Part shown: positions 8,491 through 16,302 of the stretch, one piece after another
How the letters are laid out: each line of letters starts with the position of its first letter
Numbering within the stretch: the stretch's first letter is position 1
DNA from: a bacterium
GTDB lineage: Bacteria; Patescibacteriota; Minisyncoccia; Phycocordibacterales; UBA918
Reading direction: 5' to 3'
Length of the DNA stretch: 64,000 nt
Assembly (NCBI GenBank): GCA_002710785.1
Contig: PAMC01000018.1
Location: 10,515 to 74,514, forward strand
Notes under the pieces: generated by a model
What the model saw: only the letters and a program-made list of their open reading frames with translations
Databases searched by the model: none
Told to the model about the DNA's origin: nothing
Translations under genes and position numbers: made by a program

Positions 8491-9063
8491 TCAATGTTTT
8501 CTTCGTATAAGCAAAAGTGCCACAAACAAACCATTGGCAATGCCCCAAGCAGCCGGAAACAAGCTGGTTAGGATTGAATAGTGAGATAAAGCGGCAACAC
8601 TGAGTAAGTGCCTAAATGAGTTAATAGCGTAAGTAGATATAGTCTCAGTGTGAGGTCTATTCCAAGATTTACGAATGGTCGGTATAAAACCAAGCATGCC
8701 AACTGTTACAAGTAGAATCATTGCGGTAACTGGTTGTTTTGCCAACAGCCACAATCCTAGAGCGACCAACGCTGCTAAAAAGAAAAGGGTGTCAGACCGG
8801 GTAATATCTTTATCGCCTTGGCGCATCCCCAGTACAAAAATACATAGTGATATAGAACCTGCTACTAGGGTTACCCATGCACCTGGACCTGCATCATCAC
8901 TAAGCTGAAGGGCAAAGATGATTATCGTAATGAGACCCCATACAAATCAAGTATATACATGTGGCTTTGTTTTTCCTTTTAGCACGTCACGCAAGTATGG
9001 AATGTAACCAACAACTCCAAGAATGACAGTTATGACCCCTATTATTTCCTTAATTTCAAGCAT
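8491..9063 (-). pseudogene. Small multi-TM membrane protein whose frame is interrupted by a single in-frame TGA (plus 8947-8949). It may instead be two separate small ORFs.
   Basis: The 38-aa ORF MLEIKEIIGVITVILGVVGYIPYLRDVLKGKTKPHVYT ends in a TGA that is in frame with the downstream 111-aa membrane ORF (annotated 8491..8826). The second ORF has no ATG for ~50 codons after the TGA. Confidence 0.35.
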
Positions 9064-9127
9064 AATATTTGTAACAATGCTAACACAACAAAAGCCACAC
9101 ACCCGCGGGGTGTATGGCTTTAATAAT

Positions 9128-9682
9128 TTAGCTTTTAAGTTGTTGTATTAACTCACTCGCATCCTCCTTAGACATCGTATCCAAGTTGCCGAGCATCTGG
9201 TTCTTCTCATCTTCATCGGTAACCTTGGTGTCGATTAACTGGGTTAGGTAGCGTTTCTGAGCATCTGAAGCTTGGTAGGTAGCAGCGGAGTAACTGTCAC
9301 TTTGTAGCCCAAAGCTCGGTACGGGACCAGCTTCCTCGGCAGCAAAGGCGTTGGGGAATTTACCAGCCCGAACACACGCATCTGTTAGTGCACTCGAAAA
9401 AGCAAATTTAACCGAGTTACTAATATACCGATTGGACTGTGACAGGACCGACATGCCCCGACCTTGCCCAATTACCCGACCACCAATCTTTAAGGTACAA
9501 AGGTAGGCAATGAGTCCAGGGTGATTAAACACGGTACTGGTCTGCATATCCTCTTCAAAGGTGGCGGTAATATCGTAGACTCCTAAGTGTTTCTCTATCT
9601 CCTCACGGATTGGATGCTTCGCTGGCTGTTGTGGTTGCACTGTTGCATAACTCCTTGGTTTAGTAGTTGTTGCATTATTCAT
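9128..9682 (-). CDS. Hypothetical protein (184 aa), third gene of the ArdC-like operon
   Basis: Its ATG overlaps the stop of the upstream small ORF (tTAA/ATG arrangement); no recognisable domain. Confidence 0.5.
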   Translation of the reverse strand: MNNATTTKPRSYATVQPQQPAKHPIREEIEKHLGVYDITATFEEDMQTSTVFNHPGLIAYLCTLKIGGRVIGQGRGMSVLSQSNRYISNSVKFAFSSALTDACVRAGKFPNAFAAEEAGPVPSFGLQSDSYSAATYQASDAQKRYLTQLIDTKVTDEDEKNQMLGNLDTMSKEDASELIQQLKS

Positions 9683-9851
9683 GATTATTTAGTTTGTTTA
9701 GTCTCTTGATAATTACGGTTTTGGGTTTAATGGTGACGGAAATAATGTCGCCTAACGAAAAACCAGCGGTAGCCAGTCGACTATCACTGATTCGTATACA
9801 TGGCTCATCCTTGGCTCTACGCTCGGACACCACGGTCATTTGGCGAGTCAT
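9675..9851 (-). CDS. Small AbrB/MazE/SpoVT-like DNA-binding protein (58 aa); absent from the supplied ORF track
   Basis: Hand translation gives MTRQMTVVSERRAKDEPCIRISDSRLATAGFSLGDIISVTIKPKTVIIKRLNKLNNHE, which has the swapped-hairpin pattern (R-I/V…LG…GD-I…V…K…IIK). ATGA overlap with the upstream stop; TAA overlaps the downstream ATG. Confidence 0.45.
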   Translation of the reverse strand: MTRQMTVVSERRAKDEPCIRISDSRLATAGFSLGDIISVTIKPKTVIIKRLNKLNNHE

Positions 9852-10180
9852 GCTGGTTTGTGGTTAGCAATAGGTTCCGTCTGACTGATGTGGAAGAGGT
9901 TGATACTTCTTCGCCTTGTTTGCTTCTCTCCGGTCTCTGGGTCTTCTGATTCGATTAGAGTGTAGCTTTGGATAGCCTTGGCTCCTTTCTTTACGCTGTA
10001 CCCGTTACGTCGCCAAGCTGCAAAACTCATACAGCTATGGTACGGGTCGTAGGTGGCAGCGTACTCTGGCCCTAGCTCTGGGTGTTCGGCTATTGCTTGC
10101 CTCACGGCTTCAGCGGTCTTCTCAGAACCCAGATATGGTGACACTGGGCGGTCTGATAATACTTCTTGTACCTTTTTCAT
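9848..10180 (-). CDS. ArdC N-terminal-like ssDNA-binding domain protein (110 aa)
   Basis: FAAWRRNGYSVKKGAKAIQ resembles the ArdC-N (DUF1738) F-x-x-W…G…V-[KR]-KG-[EA]-K-[GA] signature common on conjugative elements. Confidence 0.45.
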   Translation of the reverse strand: MKKVQEVLSDRPVSPYLGSEKTAEAVRQAIAEHPELGPEYAATYDPYHSCMSFAAWRRNGYSVKKGAKAIQSYTLIESEDPETGEKQTRRRSINLFHISQTEPIANHKPA

Positions 10181-10533
10181 AGTGTTTATGTGTGCCGCAC
10201 TGGATGCATCTGCAGTGCAGGTAGGAGTGGCTTATGTTTAATTCCTAGCCTAACCCCCTAGTAATAAGACCCAGGCTACATAGGTGGGTACCCGGGCAGT
10301 GGTTCGGTTAGGGAAGTTACAGAGTAAGGAACTATGTAATACGGGGTACTAACGCAGTTTTGTGTATTTTTTGGTCTTACCCAAGAGACGAAAAAGTTGT
10401 TGACGGGTCTTTTACCAAGGGGGTATAAAAATGCATCAAATACGTTGCTAAATATAGCTTTTTGCTTGGTAGGTAGATTTTTCTTTACTTTACCTAGTAC
10501 ACACAGAAGGGTAGCTGGTATCTGCCTGGTAAT

Positions 10534-10557
10534 TCTCCCCCTCCTTATAGGGGGAGA
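10534..10557. repeat. Inverted repeat TCTCCCCC-tccttata-GGGGGAGA in the intergenic region upstream of the replication module
   Basis: 8-bp perfect arms seen directly. Confidence 0.5.
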
Positions 10558-10714
10558 TTACCAAGGAGCCAACCCCCACCACCGTGTTCATAAATATTCT
10601 GTAGCCAGGGTAATTCACCAGAACCATCAGCCGAGCGTGAGATTTTTTAGTTGAGCATTTTGGTACTCTGCTAAATTAGTACGTACCACATGAAGTGGTA
10701 ATAGCTTGCGTACT

Positions 10715-10840
10715 ATGAACACAACGACTATATTAGTGACACGGGAGTGCTCGGTCTGCGGCTACAAATGGCTGCCTCGAGTACCAAACCCAAAAAAATG
10801 CCCTTGTTGCCAAGCACGCCTTGAAGACGAGTTGGCATAG
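10715..10840 (+). CDS. Small zinc-ribbon protein (41 aa); absent from the ORF track
   Basis: MNTTTILVTRECSVCGYKWLPRVPNPKKCPCCQARLEDELA has CxxC…CxxC; it sits just upstream of the primase, as is common in phage/plasmid replication modules. Confidence 0.4.
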   Translation: MNTTTILVTRECSVCGYKWLPRVPNPKKCPCCQARLEDELA

Positions 10841-10936
10841 TTGAGGAACGGGACAATCAAAAGTTAATTATTATTTGGGACAAAAAGAATACCCGCAGCA
10901 ACGGGCATTCGGCTCTTAAATATTGAATTGACTTGT

Positions 10937-12967
10937 ATGAATAGTAACACAGTCCCAAACGGCAGTCCTCTGACTGACCAAGAAATTATTACAAACGCAG
11001 TAGAAACACTCACTGGTGACCGAGCCCAATGGGTAATTTGGCAATATCAGGAACGTGAAGACGGAGGTAAGCCAGGCAAAATTCCGATTGGTATTTATGG
11101 TGAAGCAGCTAAAGTTTCAGACAATTCCACCTGGCTACACTACGATGATGCAAAACGCCTCTGTGATGAGCATGATTTAGATGGTGTAGGCATTATGTTT
11201 GACGGCAGCTTCCTGGGCGTAGACCTAGATAATTGCGTTGAGGATGGAGATATCACAGACCCAGTTGTGGCAGCATTTGTAGCCATCGCAGATACATATA
11301 CAGAGATTTCGCCGAGCGGCACTGGACTCCACCTATTCTTCAAACTAGCAGGACCTTACAAGGCTAAGAAAAATCGACACGGTAGTTACGAAGTGTATAC
11401 CAACGACCGGTACTTCACATTTACCGGCCACCTATTCAATCAAAACCTCGTACGGACAGTAACTCCCAAAGAAGTGGAACGCTTACTAGAGGCTATTGGC
11501 TACCCCTGGAATCCCGTTGAATCAGCAGTCGACAGTGTGGTCCTTGGTAATACTACAAACCTAGACCAAGAGATTGCCAAGGAGAAGATGTTTAGCTCAA
11601 AGCACGGGGCCGAAATCGAAGCCCTCTATAACGGTGACACGTCAGCCTACGGTGGGGATGTCTCAAAAGCCGAGGCTGCCTTAGTGAAACACGCAGCACA
11701 CTGGTTTAGTGACCGTGAAGCGGTGCAGGAGTTTTGGTTGCAATCACCGCTAGCCCAACGAGATAAGACGCAAGGACGAGTAGATTACCAAGAACGTACC
11801 CTTGATTTTGCGTTGCAGGACTCCTCTGGGTCACCAACACCAGAATTCACCATTAATGACACAGACAACAGTAAATTGGGTCCACGGGAAATCTTCGCCC
11901 AAGCTGAAACCGACCTCGAAGACTTTTTGAAACTCGATGGTGAAACGGACTGGTTAGTGGACCGACTGGTTACCAAGGGGTCACTTAATATGATTGCTTC
12001 ACCGCCAGCCCAAGGGAAGACGTTTATGGCTCTTAATATTGCTTTGGCAGTGGCGTTTGGTGAGCCTCTATTCGGTAAATTCAATGTACCTGACGCCGCT
12101 AACGTACTGGTTGTGAACGAGGAAGATACTGAGAATGAGCTATCTGGTCGTTTGCAGAGTATGGTGTCAAAGGGTGCGGTACGGGGTAAAATCAAGCTCT
12201 ACTGCAACACTGGACTCAAAGTGAACAAGGATTGGTCAGACGGGCTTTTAGAGCGTGCTAAGGCCAATAATGCGGGTCTGGTAATTCTCGATAACCTAGC
12301 TGTGCTGAGTTTGGCTAACGAAAATGACGCCCAAGCGGTACAGGAAGTAATGGAGCAGTTTCGGCGGTTCACTCGTGCTGGTATTACAGTTATCTTCATT
12401 CACCACGACCGCAAGGGGCAGCCAGGAGAATCAGGTGGTAATCAATCACTTGATAGTGCTCGTGGGTCTGGAGTGATTCCAGCAGCAGTTCATGGCTATC
12501 TCAGTGTCCGAACTGCCAAGAACAACACCTTTGTAGTATCGCAACGGAAGCTAAAAGCCAACAGTCCAAAAGTGAAGGACTTCGTGATTCAGATGCACAC
12601 TGATATCACAAAGGGTAAGCAATTTCGTTTTCGGTTTGAGTATATCGGTGAGTACGACCCAGACCTCAACGCTGCCGAGAACCTAGAGACTAGGATTGTA
12701 TCCCTCAGTCAAGAGTACGGCACAAAATACTACTTCACCAAGAAGACGTTGGTTGGTCGTGGTTTCGCTACTCGACCAGATGACAAGAGTCTTGTGAGTG
12801 CACTAAAGAGTTTGGTGGCCAAAGGTTTGCTACAGGTGAATCAGTATAAGGACCTAGGCGAACCAGAAAAGGAACTCGTTGACGATACAGTGAAAGTGGG
12901 TAATGCCGCAGTGTATTGGTTTGCGTCAGACAGCTTAGTAGAGGATGTGGCTAATATTCCTTTCTAG
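10937..12967 (+). CDS. Bifunctional DNA primase/polymerase (PrimPol) fused to a P-loop helicase-type (AAA_25/RepA-like) domain
   Basis: PrimPol N-terminal motifs (GIMFDGSFLGVDLDNC, SPSGTGLHLFF); Walker A ASPPAQGKTFMALNIA; Walker B VILDNLAV. ATG at 10937 is preferred over TTG at 10928. Confidence 0.8.
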   Translation: MNSNTVPNGSPLTDQEIITNAVETLTGDRAQWVIWQYQEREDGGKPGKIPIGIYGEAAKVSDNSTWLHYDDAKRLCDEHDLDGVGIMFDGSFLGVDLDNCVEDGDITDPVVAAFVAIADTYTEISPSGTGLHLFFKLAGPYKAKKNRHGSYEVYTNDRYFTFTGHLFNQNLVRTVTPKEVERLLEAIGYPWNPVESAVDSVVLGNTTNLDQEIAKEKMFSSKHGAEIEALYNGDTSAYGGDVSKAEAALVKHAAHWFSDREAVQEFWLQSPLAQRDKTQGRVDYQERTLDFALQDSSGSPTPEFTINDTDNSKLGPREIFAQAETDLEDFLKLDGETDWLVDRLVTKGSLNMIASPPAQGKTFMALNIALAVAFGEPLFGKFNVPDAANVLVVNEEDTENELSGRLQSMVSKGAVRGKIKLYCNTGLKVNKDWSDGLLERAKANNAGLVILDNLAVLSLANENDAQAVQEVMEQFRRFTRAGITVIFIHHDRKGQPGESGGNQSLDSARGSGVIPAAVHGYLSVRTAKNNTFVVSQRKLKANSPKVKDFVIQMHTDITKGKQFRFRFEYIGEYDPDLNAAENLETRIVSLSQEYGTKYYFTKKTLVGRGFATRPDDKSLVSALKSLVAKGLLQVNQYKDLGEPEKELVDDTVKVGNAAVYWFASDSLVEDVANIPF

Positions 12968-12968
12968 T

Positions 12969-13163
12969 ATGTCTAACACTACTCTGGCACATAAAATTTG
13001 CATTGCGTATCGCCATTTATTCAATGTACGTGAGTCACAACCACTAAACGCTGGCACCATTAGTGCTATGGAAGAGCTTGGATTAATCCTGAAACCAATC
13101 TACCAGCGAATGCGAAAAGAAGGCTGGGTATTACAAAATGGTAAACTAACAAAACATGAGTAA
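12969..13163 (+). CDS. Small hypothetical ORF between primase and recombinase
   Basis: Fills the gap; 64 aa; no domain; could be Xis/RDF-like but there is no evidence. Confidence 0.25.
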   Translation: MSNTTLAHKICIAYRHLFNVRESQPLNAGTISAMEELGLILKPIYQRMRKEGWVLQNGKLTKHE

Positions 13164-14892
13164 ATCACCGAAGAAGGACGCAGTCGAACGAGAAACATTT
13201 GCAGCTATTGAGCGTGGTGATTTTAAGGAGTGTTACCTGATTTATAACCGCAAAAGTAGCGATGAAGCGGATAGTCAAAAGAATTCGATTGAGTTTCAGA
13301 ATGCAGAAAGTATGCGCTTTGCTGCACGAGAATCGCTTCCAGTAGCTGGAATTACTATCACAGGGCTGTGTAATAACGGCTCCATCTCTGAACGACATTC
13401 TGGTTTTAAGGAAGATGAAAACTTTGTGATTTCTTCTGATGGTAAGGTAACGTACCAGATTGACCGACCAAAGTTTCAGCGGTTATTGCAGTTGGTTAAT
13501 CAGGGTTACATCAAAGGTGTCATTTGTCTTTGTTGGGACCGTATCAGCCGAAACAAATCTGATGATGCTATCGTTCGTAAGCTAATGAAGAAAGGGGTGG
13601 ATATTCGCTTCGTACATGCTCACTACGACGACAGCAGTGCCGGAGAGCTCCATATGGATATCGACGGTATGTTTGCGCAACATCACTCCCGGGTGACTAG
13701 TGAAAAGGTCCGTTTGAGTAAGGTAAACAGTCGCAGTCAGGGTAAGTGCACATACCGTGCTCCAATCGGCTATCTCAATGAAGGTAATATGGACTGGAAG
13801 CCATTCGACCCTGAACGAGCACCGATGGTGAAGGAGATGTTTGAACTATATGCTACAGGTGATTGGAGTCTGTCTGATTTAACACGACACGCTCGTAAAA
13901 TTGGTTTAACTGCACCACCAATGCGACGACGTCGTACCAAAGAGGAGATGCTGGCAGACGAGGAAGTACGACTGGAGAAAGTCACCAGTCCGATTCAGCA
14001 AGGATACATGGCCCAGATTCTCAAGAACAAGTTTTACATTGGCTACATCATTGGTAACAACGGTAAAGCTGGTGAGTGGGTGAAGAGTGAAAGCCATGAG
14101 CCACTTGTTGATGAGAAATTGTTTAACAAGGTTCAGGCTCTATTGGGTAAGAAGAACGTCAGCACACACTACACGGAGAAGTTGGACTATCCATTGCGTG
14201 GGATTATGCGGTGTTCCTGCTGTGGGCGAATCTATACTCCGTACGTGAAGAAGGGAAACCAGTACTACTACAGTCGCTGCAAAGATGGGTGCACTAATAA
14301 AATGAAGAATTTGCATTACACTTATGTAGTAGAAAAAGTACGGAAGTTGGTTTCCGGTCTGCACTTTACCGATGACGAGCTGGAAGAATTTGAAAGCCGA
14401 GCTGGGACGGATATCGCTCTTTTGGAGAACAAGCGTGACCGTGAAATGGAGGTTATCGAACGCAAGAAAAAGAAAGTGCGTGATGAATTAGCATATTTAC
14501 GCTCTGAGCGGGTACAGTTGCTAAAAACAGGTGTATTCACTCCTGAAGGGTACGTAGAGGAGACAAATAGGCTGGAGGGTGAGATTGATGATTTGCAGAC
14601 TGAGGAGCAGGTATCTGAGGAAGCAATGCGAGAGCTAATGAAGGAAGTGGTACATCTTTCAGAACTACTAAAAAACGTTGTGCCTATTTACGATTACGCC
14701 AATCCGCAAGAAAAAGAGAAAATTATCCGAGCTATCTTTTCAGAACTCTCGTTTTCTCACGATACGTTGCAATATAAGGTTAAAAAAGGGTTTGAAACCT
14801 TTGATAAGCGTATTTCTGCTTTTTGCGGGCCCACGTGGACTCGAACCACGGCCGCTGGTTTTGGAGACCAGAATTCTACCACTAAACTATAG
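13156..14892 (+). CDS. Large serine recombinase (integrase); 3' end overlaps tRNA-Trp on the opposite strand
   Basis: Catalytic YNRKSSDEADSQ (compare YxRVSTDEQ), DRISR motif, recombinase-domain APIGYLNEGN, zinc ribbon CSCCGR…C…C, C-terminal coiled coil. Confidence 0.8.
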   Translation: MSKSPKKDAVERETFAAIERGDFKECYLIYNRKSSDEADSQKNSIEFQNAESMRFAARESLPVAGITITGLCNNGSISERHSGFKEDENFVISSDGKVTYQIDRPKFQRLLQLVNQGYIKGVICLCWDRISRNKSDDAIVRKLMKKGVDIRFVHAHYDDSSAGELHMDIDGMFAQHHSRVTSEKVRLSKVNSRSQGKCTYRAPIGYLNEGNMDWKPFDPERAPMVKEMFELYATGDWSLSDLTRHARKIGLTAPPMRRRRTKEEMLADEEVRLEKVTSPIQQGYMAQILKNKFYIGYIIGNNGKAGEWVKSESHEPLVDEKLFNKVQALLGKKNVSTHYTEKLDYPLRGIMRCSCCGRIYTPYVKKGNQYYYSRCKDGCTNKMKNLHYTYVVEKVRKLVSGLHFTDDELEEFESRAGTDIALLENKRDREMEVIERKKKKVRDELAYLRSERVQLLKTGVFTPEGYVEETNRLEGEIDDLQTEEQVSEEAMRELMKEVVHLSELLKNVVPIYDYANPQEKEKIIRAIFSELSFSHDTLQYKVKKGFETFDKRISAFCGPTWTRTTAAGFGDQNSTTKL

Positions 14893-14896
14893 GCCC
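14826..14896 (-). tRNA. tRNA-Trp (anticodon CCA)
   Basis: Hand-folded. Acceptor GGGCCTA/TGGGCCC (one G-U pair), D-arm GTTT-AGTGGTA-GAAT, anticodon stem CTGGT/ACCAG with loop CTCCAAA, T-arm CGTGG-TTCGAGT-CCACG, discriminator G. The CCA end is not encoded. Confidence 0.75.
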
Positions 14897-14936
14897 ATCT
14901 ATAAATATAAATCTACTACACAGGCCCAGTTGTGGC

Positions 14937-14952
14937 GAGACCAGAATTCTAC
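14937..14952. repeat. 16-nt copy of the tRNA-Trp anticodon-arm segment (gagaccagaattctac)
   Basis: Exact repeat of 14864-14879. Confidence 0.5.
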
Positions 14953-15031
14953 TTGAGCAAACGAGGAAGGAATGAGAGCTTGCTCGCATTCATCTTCCGA
15001 GTGCAGGTCAAGCAAGAAATCTATAATTTCT

Positions 15032-15051
15032 TACCACTAAACTATAGGCCC
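15032..15051. repeat. 20-nt exact copy of the tRNA-Trp 5' end (taccactaaactataggccc)
   Basis: Exact repeat of 14877-14896; lies ~135 nt beyond the intact tRNA 5' end. Confidence 0.55.
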
Positions 15052-15163
15052 GGAAATTGCCCGGGAGGCAATTTCAGTTCTGTTACTCAGAATCTGAAAT
15101 AAGTTCTCCCAGCTACATTACTCACGTAAGTGCGCTACATAGTAGGCGATAGGCCAGAGAAAA

Positions 15164-16060
15164 TCAATCCTCAAGCCAGTTGGTAACTAATTTTTGTGCA
15201 GCGCCCACAGTGTCTGGTTGTAGCCAATTGACCTCGTCATTCTTCTGTAGCCAGGTGAGTTGGCGCTTCGCGTACTGCCAGTTTTTGGCGAGAAATTGCT
15301 CCACAAACTGCTCGTTGGTGAGCTCGCCTTGGACCCACGCGGCACCAATGGTGTACTCAAAGCCAAATTCAGCCAGTCGCTCTGGCGTGCAGTCTTGAGC
15401 TAGTAGCCACGCCACTTCATCTTTAAAGCCACCATGGAGCCATGAGTTAGCTCGCTTCGTGATTCGCTCACGCAAGTCGTCTTTGCTGCGTTCAGTGCCG
15501 AGCCAGAGGGTGTCGTACAGTTCTTCGGTAGGGATAGCTGGTACGTGACCAATTGCGGCTACAATCTCCAGCGCTCTAATAAGTCGCCGTTTATTGTTTG
15601 GGTCGATGGTGGCTGCGCGAGCGCTATCGCGCTCGCGCAGCTCAGCGTGGAGGTCCTCAGTAGACATCTTCTCGAGCTTCCCTCGCAATGTTGGGTTGGG
15701 TGCCACCTCGGGCATACTCAAGCGACCAAGCAGGAGGTCGACGTAGAAAAACGTACCACCCGCAATAATTGGCAGCTTGCCGCGAGCGGTAATGTCGGCA
15801 ATGGCCGCACGGCCGTCGCGCACGAAATCAGCTGCGGTGTACACGTCGCTGATATCGACCACGTCAATGAAGTGGTGGGGTACACCCTGCATCTCCTCTT
15901 TGGTTACCTTAGCGGTACCAATATTAAGCTTCCGATACACCTGCCGACTGTCAGCCGAAATGACCTCCCCGTCAAACTGCTTGGCCAGCTCAACCGCCAA
16001 GCCAGTTTTACCCGAAGCAGTAGCCCCGACAATCACCAATACTTTTTGCTTGTCACTCAT
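15164..16060 (-). CDS. miaA: tRNA dimethylallyltransferase
   Basis: P-loop GATASGKT, DSRQVYR motif, full-length similarity to the MiaA pattern. Confidence 0.85.
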   Translation of the reverse strand: MSDKQKVLVIVGATASGKTGLAVELAKQFDGEVISADSRQVYRKLNIGTAKVTKEEMQGVPHHFIDVVDISDVYTAADFVRDGRAAIADITARGKLPIIAGGTFFYVDLLLGRLSMPEVAPNPTLRGKLEKMSTEDLHAELRERDSARAATIDPNNKRRLIRALEIVAAIGHVPAIPTEELYDTLWLGTERSKDDLRERITKRANSWLHGGFKDEVAWLLAQDCTPERLAEFGFEYTIGAAWVQGELTNEQFVEQFLAKNWQYAKRQLTWLQKNDEVNWLQPDTVGAAQKLVTNWLED

Positions 16061-16061
16061 T

Positions 16062-16146
16062 TGGTGCCTCGGGAGGGAGTCGAACCCTCATGGCTTGCGC
16101 CATGCGATTTTGAGTCGCACGTGTATACCAATTCCACCACCGAGGC
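16062..16146 (-). tRNA. tRNA-Leu (anticodon CAA), CCA encoded
   Basis: Hand-folded. Acceptor GCCTCGG/CCGAGGC, anticodon stem TGCGA/TCGCA with loop CTCAAAA, long variable arm, T-arm GAGGG-TTCGACT-CCCTC, A-CCA end. Confidence 0.8.
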
Positions 16147-16302
16147 AATTGTTGTGGCTGTGAGTTTAGCAAAAAAAGGCTATTTTAACTAGCTAGGTAG
16201 TTATAAACAGGGCGTTATTGTGGCTCGTGGTACTATGAAGGAACGAACAGCAGGGCCTAACGGTGGGTACCAAAAACGTTCGCTTTACAACGTATTTTTG
16301 TT

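Larger units (their letters stand above)
9675..14896. mobile_element. Core module of a putative integrative (possibly conjugative/mobilisable) element: ArdC-like/AbrB-like genes, Zn-ribbon, PrimPol-helicase, large serine recombinase abutting tRNA-Trp. The true boundaries are unknown and the element may extend left to the window start.
   Basis: Gene content and adjacency to a tRNA; lower GC than the core (spot counts); tRNA fragments nearby. Confidence 0.45.

Noticed and set aside
8947-8949. TGA recoding (UGA=Gly, as in some candidate phyla) as the explanation for the interrupted membrane gene
   Set aside because: TGA is used as a genuine stop by serS (24049-24051), the second ATP-grasp gene and others whose protein ends align with family ends. 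A single-gene pseudogene or sequencing error is more likely.
15545-16192. Plus-strand ORFs (215 and 128 aa) overlapping miaA and tRNA-Leu
   Set aside because: Antisense to a well-supported miaA and to a hand-folded tRNA; no domain; typical GC-driven shadow ORFs.
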